From: Octopus vulgaris
Lineage: Eukaryota
Direction: 5' to 3'
NCBI GenBank assembly: GCA_951406725.2
Contig: OX597818.1
Location: 27,776,001 to 27,840,000 of the forward strand
DNA: 64,000 nt
Positions 54,000 through 64,000 of the stretch are shown piece by piece; position 1 is the stretch's first letter, and every line of letters begins with the position of its first letter. A program made the translations under genes and the position numbers. Under the pieces are notes generated by a model. That model was not told the origin of the DNA, ran no database searches, and worked only from the letters and a program-made list of their open reading frames with translations.

Positions 54000-54295
54000 G
54001 GGCTCTCCTGTCATTAGATGACATATGAGGATTCTGCAATTTCTTACTGAACAATCACACTAATGATTTGTTTATAGTGATAAAATGGTGGTGTTTGCAT
54101 AAGCTCACGCTTTCCATCAAATCAACATCATCTGCATAGATGCTTGACATGCCACATGTCAACAAAATGATCACAGAGCAATGTGAAATGAAGTGTTTGC
54201 TCAGGAACATAATGCAACACCTCGTCTGGGAATCGAAATCATGATCTCACAATTGTGAGTGCAGCACCCTAACCACTAAGCCATGCACCTTCACA
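54000..54295 (-). mobile_element. tRNA-derived SINE, family C
   Basis: Minus strand gtgaaggtgcaTGGCTTAGTGGttagg...ATTTCGATTCCc (A and B boxes); a related + strand copy lies at about 57193-57325. Confidence 0.7.
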
Positions 54296-54516
54296 ATATA
54301 TATATCTAGAACCACACCAATAGCTTAGGAACGAAATTTAGGATTTCTTGGTTTTCAGTGAATTGATTTTGATAAAACTTTCCTCAGCTGGTTTGCACAC
54401 TATGGCTACACCATTGTTATGTTTTCAGTATTCTGTGAAACGTCCTTTCTTTTTTATTTTAGGTTCTTCAGTTGTTGGGTGTATCACACTAATAGCATCT
54501 CTCCTCTCTAAGAACA

Positions 54517-55380
54517 ATGGGATGTGGAAAAGGCCTTAATAATGAAGAAAAGTCTGTCATCATCAAGGAAAGTGCTAAAGACATCTCTCTTGATGTAATT
54601 GCAGAGAAGGTTAAGTCATCATGTGGATACAGCTAGGCGATTCCTGAAGGACCCATCACCAAGGAAGAAATGATTCAGTTGTGGGACCTCCAGGACTATG
54701 ACAGCTAGGGATTTAAGGAATATTAGCTGCAGGTTACATGAGAAACCTGGACAAACAAGCAAAGCCATTTTCACCACCTCTGGACTTCCTTATGTACCAA
54801 AAACCACCAGAAATCACATCCTTGGGACTATGATTTCCATGCAAGAACCCCTGAAACTGCCTCCTTTAGCGTCCTGTCACAGGAATTTGAAGCTTCAATG
54901 GGCCCAAGAGTACATGATGTTAGAAGGAGTTGTGTTCTGTTCACTGATGAAACCAGGACAACCCTTGAATGACCTGATGGTTGGTCAAATGGTTGGGTCT
55001 ATTTTGGAGATTAGCATCACCAACGTTTACAAAGTCCACAACATGGTGGAGGAGTCATGTTGTGGGCTGGTCTCATTTGGACAGACTTGTTGGCCCAGTC
55101 AGGGTGCCTGGAGAGCTTAAAGTGACTGTAGCTGCCTACTGCAATCTTTAAAAGGAGGTCTTAGATTCATGGGTAGATGACATACCACTTTCACTTCTAA
55201 GGAATCTCATATTCACGCATGACAACACTTCCTCCCACTCTGCTGGGACCATCCAAATATTACTAGGGTTTTACAGCATACACGGCGAAAGGCTGATGGG
55301 CTGCCAGCATCTCTGGGTCTCAACCCTATGGAAAATCTTTAGTCCATCATTAAACAAGATGTTTATGCTGATGAACACCA
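54517..55380 (+). mobile_element. Tc1/mariner transposase relic
   Basis: Frameshifted fragments LQWAQEYM, VLFTDETR, GGGVMLWAG, LIFTHDNTSSH and LNPMENL (DDE motifs). Terminal inverted repeats not identified. Confidence 0.8.
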
Positions 55381-55729
55381 ATTTACATAAAAAAAGTCTT
55401 TCCTGAACATATTGGAGTAACCATTTAATTATTTTGATAAAATCAAGGCACCCTCTCTATATGGGCCAGAGGAGAATTACTTGTGTGTCTAGAATCAAGA
55501 GGTCTATAAACTCACATATGTCATCAGTGTCAAAGGCTCTTGCCACCAATGAAGGAGCCTTCTGGGTCAGTTTGCTTGACATTAACTCAACTTTTATTGT
55601 AAAACAGAATTTCCTGACATGCATGATAATGTCTATGTCTCTATCATCGTTTTAGCATTTAGCAAATGTGAGTGCCTTATATAACAAGTCCCTTGACATA
55701 GTTGAATAAAAATCACTGTCATCATCCCA

Positions 55730-57150
55730 TCATCATCACCATCATTTAATATCCATCTCTCATGCTAGCATGGGTTGGATAGTTCAACTGGATCCAATGA
55801 GCTGGAAGACTGCACCGAGTCCTAATGTCTGCCTTGCATGTTTTTTATAGTTGTCTGCACTTCCAAATAACAACCTTTTTACAGGGTGTGTTGGGTACTT
55901 TTTCATGGCACTGGCATTAGTGAGGTTGCCTAGTAACTTTCAAGACAAAGAATCCCCCCACCACCACCACCACCACCTCAACTGAATGGAGATATAGTAC
56001 AGAAGGATGTGGGTTTATTCCATGTATTGAAAGACTAAAGTATGATAGAGAGACAGGCATAGGAGTTTTGTTGTGGAGATACAAGGTTATGCTGCAATAT
56101 ACATTGGTGGGTGAGAGTAGCTAAAACAAGTGATAAAGATGGCAGTGATGTGTTGTTAAAATGTTTTCTTAAAGTAAAAGAAGGTAAATATAAGAGGAAA
56201 CATGGACAGACAATTGGAAAGGGTGGAGAGCAGCAGTATAATAAATCTGTAGATAGATGAAAAATAGGGAAATGATGTGTGGAGAGGGGAGAAGGTGAGA
56301 GAGATGTACATTGACAAAGATAGAGGTCATAAGAATGTAAAGGTAGATATAGTGAGTGGCTAACATGGAAGTGGGTGTCAACAGCAGGTGTGAGAGGGTG
56401 TTGAGAATGATAGAAGATATGAGACATTATTAAAGATGAGATATGGCAGTCATAAGATGTTGCTCAGCAGAAAGTGAGAGATAACTGGAGGCAAAGAAAA
56501 GAGTGATCAGTGGAAAATAATGTAGGAAAGGATGATATTGAGAATTAGGGGCAGATTTTAAAAGGAATTGGTTCCAGTGAAAAGGATAATTGGTACCACA
56601 AAAAGGAAAGGAAATATGTACAATTCTGCTCACATATGCTGAATAGTGCTGAATTTGTTGAATAGTGCTATAGTTAGAAGAGTGATGGAGGAATGTTAGG
56701 CAGTTAAAGACAAAGGAAGGCTGAACATGGACAGATTGGGTACAGGGGCAGGGGCCAGTGAGTTTATAGGCATAATCATAATGCTTTTAGGATTTCGCTT
56801 TCACTGTGACAGCACTTCTGAAGCACAATAAATCCTCGATTATCCCAGTGCTTTTTGATTTCTTCTGTAATGATCAGTATCCTGACAACAGCCATGTCAG
56901 GATATTGTGTGACATTAAGTGATTGGCACTTCTTAGAGTAGCCATACTCATCCATACATTTCACATAACCATACCAAATAATCTCATCTCTTGCACATTA
57001 CATCTGATTCCTTTTATGCCCAATTTTTCTCTTCTCACATTTACACTTTGTTGTACATACACACTCACATTGTACATCCCATAAGTGTACTAGTTTCATT
57101 CCTTTCTAGTCTTTACATATTCTCTACATTCAACCCCTGTCTCACTAACA
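55730..57150 (-). mobile_element. RTE 3' portion with purine-rich UTR and (CAT)n tail
   Basis: catcatttaatatccatctctcatgctagcatgggttgg; the purine-rich stretch resembles 1-420; RT C-terminal remnant at 56930-57150. Confidence 0.6.
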
Positions 57151-57334
57151 TGTCTGTCTAGCTATCTCTCTATATATACGTAAACACACACAGTGAAGGC
57201 ACATGACTCAGTGGTTTTGGTGCTGGACTTACAATTATGAGGTTGTGTTCTTGAGCAAGGTGCTTTATTTCACATTGCTCTAGCTCACTCAGCAGTAAAA
57301 ATGAGTTGCAATGTCACTGGTGGAATTTTGGAAC

Positions 57335-59050
57335 AACACATCAATGGTCAGTGGTGACCACTTGACTTCTTCAGTAGACAGCTATGGCCTTCTGAACAAA
57401 AATACAATGCTTTTGACAGGGAACTGCTGGTTGTCCATCTAGCTGTCCGCTACTTTCACTATTTTCTTGAAGGCCGCACATTTACAGTGTTCACAGACTA
57501 CAAACCACTCACCTTTGCTATGAGCAAGCTCTCAGCACCTTTGTCTGCACACTAGTAACAACAGCTGTTGGCCATTTCTGAGTACACCACAGGCATCCAA
57601 CGCATAACTAGAAAAGCAACTCAGTTGCAAATGCACTCTCTCATGACCCTACCTGCTCTCACAACTACCAAGCCCCAATAAGGAAGGCCTGCATTATGAG
57701 GCTATGGCTGCAGTCCAACAGACAGATGACGAGAAAAGGCCCTACCACATTGCCATCATGTTCCTTTCCTTGCAGGATGTACACTTTGTTACAACTCTAC
57801 TGTGTGGTGTATCCACTGGGAAACCATGACCAATCATCCCATTAGGCTGGTGCAGGAAAGTTTTCAACATCATTCATAGACTGTCCTACTCAGATACTAG
57901 AGCTACATGGTACAAATTTATCTGGCACGGTATGGCCAAGCAAATTTGGGAGTGGAGCAAGAACTGCATCCCCTGTCAACAAGCCTGGGTCAATCAATAC
58001 ACCAATTATATATGTAATTCAGAAATAAAATACTATTTGCTAATGACATTAATTATACTTACTCTTTGGCTTGGATAAATTAGTAGCATCTGCACTTACT
58101 GCATCTTCGGCAACTATAAACCACCACAGGCTCATTTCAGCCACATCAACATTGACCTTGTTGGCCTCCTACCACCTTCACAAGATTGCTCGTACCCACT
58201 GACTTTGGTAGACTGCTATACTCATTGGCCTGAGGCTATCTCTCTCCAAAGTACAGAAACATAAGAAGCCAGCTGATCCTCCATCAAAAACTGGGTTGCT
58301 CATTTTGGTGTCCCAGACAACATCTCATCTGTTGGGGTCCACAGTTCACCTAAAAGCTGTGGAATGACCTTTTTGGAATCACAATGAAGTGCACAATAGC
58401 CTACCATCATCCATAGGCCAATGGGTTAGTGGAGAGATTTCACTGCGGCTTGAAGGAATTCCTGACAACCAGACTTAACTGGCCCAACTGAATTGATCCA
58501 CTTCTATTAGTGATGCTGGGAATCCCCACCACCCAAAAGGAACATCTTAACACTTCTTCTGCTGAAATGGTGTATGGTGCCTCTTTTACAATGCTAGGAG
58601 AGTTCATTCCAAACATGAAGTCAGACCCAGATTTCAAAAGGTACCTTGCGCAACTGAAAGACAAGTGTGGTCTAGTTGTACCTTATTCCCATGTCAACAT
58701 ACACCTAGATCATCTGTACTAAATGACTTCTGCTTGGCTAACCTTGTTTTTGTTCTATGTGACACACGATGAAAATCCCTCCAGTCACCCTACAATGATC
58801 CATATGAAGTCAAATGTCCAGAAGACAAATTATTCCAACTCCTAATTGGCAGACGACATGACATTGTTTCTATAGTTAGGATGAAACTGGTGTATCTTGA
58901 TATTGACAACACTTTCCAAATAAGCTCAACCACTAAACAGGGGCCACTCCAGGCAAATCACACCAACCCTTGGCAAGGAACAAACACCAAAGAGCCAAGT
59001 CACCACACGCATGGGCAGGGTAGTTAAAACACATTCCCAGTTCCAATGAC
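57335..59050 (+). mobile_element. Ty3/Gypsy pol relic (RNase H and integrase)
   Basis: YNAFDRELLVVHLAVRYFHYFLEGRTFTVFTDYKPL; CIPCQ; FSHINIDLVG; ANGLVERFH; SAEMVYG; LQSPYNDPYEV (GPY/F-like). Confidence 0.88.
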
Positions 59051-59330
59051 AGTCAACAGTAGGGCATTGCCCAAGGATTTATGACATATGAACTGTATAC
59101 AGTTACTTTGCTGCAGACTAGCTAGGGAGTTGACAGGTGGCTGTTGCCCTCATGTGTTCAACTAAATAAATCTTTCACTAACACATTCTGGGTCTCTGTT
59201 AATTTTTTGTGTATAGCTTAACTAAAAGCATATCATAAATATTTTTCTATATGTCCTAGAAATAATTCATTTCAGATACAATGCAGTGCTCATACAAGCA
59301 ATAAATGATTTTTCATTTTCTTTTTTAAAG

Positions 59331-59372
59331 ATGCAGTAAGTGCAGATGCTACTAATTTATCCAAGCTAAAGA
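59331..59372 (+). CDS. Ig receptor, cytoplasmic micro-exon (42 nt, phase 1-1)
   Basis: ttttcattttcttttttaaag|atgcagtaagtgcagatgctactaatttatccaagctaaaga|GTAAGT; reads (N)AVSADATNLSKLK. Confidence 0.68.
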
Positions 59373-59440
59373 GTAAGTATAATTAATGTCATTAGCAAAT
59401 AGTATTTTATTTCTGAATTACATATATAATTAATATATAT

Positions 59441-61405
59441 ATCATCATCATCATCATTGTTTAACGTTCGTTTTCCATGCTGGCATGAGTTGGACAGTTT
59501 GACTGAGGTCTGGAGAGCCAGTGGCTGCACCAGGCTCCAATCTGCTGTGGCAATGTTTCTACATTTGGATGCCCTTCCTAATGCCAACCACTCTGAGAGT
59601 GTAGTGGGTGCTTTTTACATGCCCCCGGCACAGGAGCCAGTCAGGCAGGCCTGGCATTGACCATGTTCAGATAGTGCTTTTTACGTGCCATCAGTGCAAG
59701 AGCCAAGTGGGGGTTACTAGCATCGGCCATGTTCGGATGGTGCTTTTTACATACCACTGGCATGGGAGCCAGTTAGGGGGCACTGGCCACAGCTACAATA
59801 TTGGTTTTACTTGATTTGACTGGTTTTCTCAAGCATATCATATTGCCCAACACATCAGGGGTATTCTTAACAGAGCTGGACATGCATGGCTGCAATCTCT
59901 CTTTAGTTGCCAGGTCTTCTCAAACACAGCATATCTCCAAAGGTCTCAGTCTCCTGTCATTGCCTCTGTGTGGCCCAATGTTTGAAGGTCATGCTTCACC
60001 ACCTCATCCCATGGCTTCTTGGGTCTACCTCTTCCATAGGTTCCTTCCACAGTTAGGGAGTGGCACTTCCTCACACAGCTGTCCTCATTCATATGTAACG
60101 CATGGCCATACCAGTGTAGATGCCTCTCTTGCACACCACATGTGATGCTTCTTATGCCCAACTTTTCTATCAGGGTGCTTACATTCTGTCGTGTATACAC
60201 ACTGACATTACACATCCAGTGGATCATACAAGCCTACGCATGGCCTCAGTATTGATGGCCCATGTTTCACTGCCATGTAGCATGGCAGTTCAGACACACA
60301 TGCACCATCCAATCTATCTTTCATCCTGAGTAAGAGGCCCTTAGTTGCCGGCAGAGTTAGGAGCTTCCTGAACTTTGCCCAGACTATTCTTACTCACTAT
60401 ACTCTCAGAGCAAACATCCCCACTACAGACTTGGTTGCCAAGGTAGCAGAAGCTATCAACTACTTCTAGTTTCTCCCCATGGCATGTAATGGAATCTGTT
60501 TTCTCTATATCTTCAGTGTTTATTGCCCCTATGCATCTGCCACATGCAAAGACTATTTTCCTGGTTAACCTACCTTTGATATTGCTACACCTCTTATGTG
60601 TCTATAGCTTACAGTGGGTACATCATATGGAGTTTCTACCCACACCTTTTCTACAGATCGAGCAGGGCCATCTACCTGAAGGGGATAACAATTTGACAGC
60701 CATCCTACTTACTAAGACTTTGGTTTTTGCTAGGTTAACCCTAAGGCCCTTCGATTCTAGACGTTGCTTCCACACCTGAAACCTCTCCTCTAGTTCTGAT
60801 AGTGACTCAGCACAGAGGAGCTCCCAGGAGCATCCTGTCTTGAATTCCTCTGTTATTACCTGGAGGACTACATCTACTTGGAATTCTTCACTATACTCAT
60901 TGCCAACCCTCACCTTACCGACAGCATCCCTGTACAGGACTTGTACAGCTCTTACCAGCAACTCATCTATCCCCAGTTTCCTCATTGACCACCAGATAAG
61001 GGATTGGGGGACCCTGTCAAAGGCTTTCTACAAGTCAACAAAAGCCAAGTACAGAGGTTTATCTTTGATTAGATATTTCTCCTGCAGGTGCCTTATCAGC
61101 AATATAGCATCAGTGGTGCTTCTGCCTGGCACAAAACCAAACTGCATCTAATCTAGGCTAACTCTCTGTCTAATTAGTCTGGCTATGACCCTCTCTGTAA
61201 CTTTCATCACCTGATCCAATAATTTGATACCCCTGTAGTTATTTCTACCTAAAGCATCACCTTTCCCCTTGTAGCAGTTGACTATGGTGCTGTTACATCT
61301 GTCATTGGATACGACTCCTTCATGAACTACCTGATTTACGATGCAGGTGATAAGATCATAACCCACACCACCCAATATTTTAAGCATCCCAGCTGTGACT
61401 TGCAA
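59441..61405 (-). mobile_element. RTE LINE RT plus 3' UTR with (CAT)n tail
   Basis: NYRGIKLLDQVMKV, KLGIDELLVRAVQ, EEFKTGCSWELL, GRGRPKKPWDEVV; repeats of about 56 bp in the UTR at 59600-59790. Confidence 0.9.
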
Positions 61406-63377
61406 GACTACAACAAACAGATGGAGGTTGAGAACTGAAACCTTATAAATCCCTACCTACACACTGAACTCATTGCTGACTTTCATCTTGCTAGCTGAAA
61501 CTCTTTACATGGCTTGTACAGTCCTCACAAACCATTTACCTATGTCTCATCTCCATGCAGCATTGCAGTTCGAACACAAGTGTCATACAACCTGGTTAAC
61601 AACATCTGGTTATCTGGCTGCTAATCCATGCTTCAAATACATATTCATGTAACACATGCTATCATGGGGAAATAAATGCAAGTGAACAATGGAATGTGTG
61701 TGTATGTGTGTCTGTATGTGTTTATATATGTATATATTTGTGTATGTTCATGTGTGTATACACACACACACACACACATTTACACGTAGTTAAGGTTATG
61801 AAAGCTTTCCCTACCTTCGTAACCTTAATTGATTTACCCAAGACATCTGTTCACTAGAACAACTGGTCCTTTCATTGGGTCGATACTGAAAAGACTCTCA
61901 TTCTCATGGAATCTTCATATCTAATAGCTTTCCATTGTAGCACTTGTGTCCCTCTAACTTTTAAGGATCAGTAATTCCAAGTGTGCCATTATCCACCAGT
62001 ACATAACTCTCTCCTGATATAAATTTGCACATTGATTAGTCAGTTGATTGTTAACATTGATGGTGTTGAAAATAGTTTTAATAGAATTTATTAGTAATTT
62101 GTCATTTGAGAAGAATTCAAAATGGGAAAAATGGTGAAACATGACATGATTTGGGTAATTCAGTTTCAGTAATATTAATGGGACCTGTAAATATTTCACA
62201 AAATTGATAGTAACCCTATTGGGTTATTTCTGGAAACTTTATCCAAAAAACCTGAAAGCATAACCTGTGTTATGTCTGTATGGAAAGATAGTCACACATC
62301 CTAAAATTCATTGAAAAATGAAAGAAATTGGAATACAATGATTACTTAATGCACTATATATACAGTTTATACACTTGATGCACAATTTTATAGACTTAAT
62401 ACACAGCACTCCTAAAATAAATATTCACTCTTATTTTTCCATTTTCCCCGTAAACAAACAAGAAAAATATCTTGTACCTAAGATACAGTCTTTAGTAAAA
62501 TTGCATATGTCTGCCATGTAAATAAGCGTTAATATTTCACTGAATTGCACTTACGTGCATGCGTTAAGTGACAGGTAATATAAAAATTTGGTTCAATCTT
62601 TAAAAAAATACCCTTTTTACTATCCAGTCACCACCACCACTGTCATCTCCTCTCTCTCTCTCTCTCACTCCTCTACCCCCCCCCCCCCACTGCCTTTCTT
62701 TAACCTCCATATTCGAACATTACCTCTCTACTAAAATTATAATTTTAACTCTCCTCCTCTAGCTTCAACTAAATTTTAACCACATAATATATATTACGAT
62801 CTCCCTATCACATGTCATGGACGCTTCTCTCTCCTTCTTTTTCTTTTCCCTCTTCCTGTCTCACTCTGTGCCTTATCCTCTTTTTCTCTCTCCTTTTTCT
62901 TTCTCTTCTCTTTTGCTTCAACAAATCATGTGAAAACATTACAATTACATTCCCTCTACCTCATAACATGGATGCTTCTCTCTCCACCCCCTTTTTCTCT
63001 CTCCCTCTTTTTTTCTCCTTCTTTTTCTCTAATCACATGAGAGCATTACCAATGGGCTAAGTAATGCAATGACAAGTAGAACTATTATAATATTGATTAG
63101 GCAATAAATATCTTGTACATTGAAATTTCTCATTAGAGAATAAGAACTTTTCTTATCTGAGAATCAGAAATTAAAACTGGTGCCTGATATGTGTTTATAT
63201 AGATATGAATATATATGTGTGTGCATGTGTGTGTGCTTGTGTGTGTGTGCATGTGTGCGCATGTGTGTGTGTGTGCTTGAGTCTATCATGTGTGTTCAGG
63301 TAGTCTCAGCACAGCCCAATATATTGTAAATATCATTTATAGCCATGTATCATATTCATTATTTTCTTTTCTTAAAG

Positions 63378-63407
63378 ACATGGATGATGCTTATGTTAAT
63401 GTTCTAA
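63378..63407 (+). CDS. Ig receptor, cytoplasmic micro-exon with YVNV (30 nt, phase 1-1); the gene appears to continue beyond the window
   Basis: attttcttttcttaaag|acatggatgatgcttatgttaatgttctaa|GTAAGC; reads (N)MDDAYVNVL. Confidence 0.72.
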   Translation, partial: TWMMLMLMF

Positions 63408-63672
63408 GTAAGCATATAAACAATACTTTACTAAAATTACACTCTTTAATGCACAAGTTCATCCTTTTATTTTATTTTAAGTTCAGTCAGAACCATTAGT
63501 GTTAATACTTCTTTGTTTTAGATTCATTTTCGAGTCCTGTTGCTGGAATCAGTCCTGGGGAAATTAGCAAAAGTTTTAGCAGATTCTTTGTGTAAAATAT
63601 ACGGTTTAATAACATGTGTATGCATGTGCAAAAATATAACTTTGGATATGTTAAAATTCTACTCATAAGTGT

Positions 63673-63985
63673 GGCATGGCTGTATGGTAAGAAGCTTGCT
63701 TCCCTACAACTGCATGGCACCTTGGGCAAGATTCTTCTACTGTAGTCTCAGGCTGACCAAAGCCTTGTAAGTGGATGTGTAAGATGCAAACTAAAAGAAA
63801 CCCATTGTGTGTGCATCTATGTGTATGTGTGTTTGTGTGTGTGTGTGTGTTTCTCACCTCATCACTGCTTGACAACAGGTGTTGGTGTGTTTACATACTC
63901 ATAGTGGAGCAATTCAATAAAAGATGCTGATATATAAAGTACTAGGCTTAAAAAACATATAAAGTAAGTACTGGAGTTGACTTGT
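63673..63985 (+). mobile_element. SINE family A, diverged copy
   Basis: ggcatggctgtatggtaagaagcttgc...aagtactaggctta. Confidence 0.8.
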
Positions 63986-64000
63986 TACTTTCTGTGCAAT

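Noticed and set aside
54222-54295. tRNA gene
   Set aside because: A and B boxes are present, but there is no convincing cloverleaf and the sequence continues into a SINE body with a second copy at 57193.

Overview
AT-rich, repeat-dense animal genomic DNA. The SINE, RTE and Penelope content suggests an octopus or other coleoid cephalopod (inference). Most long ORFs in the supplied track are microsatellite or transposon artefacts. The one host gene I can assemble is on the + strand and is incomplete at both ends. It encodes a type-I membrane Ig-superfamily receptor: five one-domain-per-exon Ig exons (17026-29976, all phase 1), a transmembrane exon (33598-33699), and a cytoplasmic tail built from 17-42 nt micro-exons spread over about 30 kb (38695-63407). 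The tail carries tyrosine motifs (YETI, YVNV, possibly SLYQSV). The introns and flank hold decayed RTE LINEs, Penelope-like elements, R4/Dong-like, Tx1-like and Jockey-like LINE pieces, a Tc1 relic, a Gypsy relic, Helitron-like elements and three tRNA-SINE families. Unusual items: a 424-bp palindrome with a minimal hammerhead-ribozyme-like motif at its centre, a 28S rRNA fragment fused to a SINE head, a 1.3-kb pure (GAT)n tract, and a 49-bp inverted templated insertion. All calls come from reading the sequence by eye; no database search was run.
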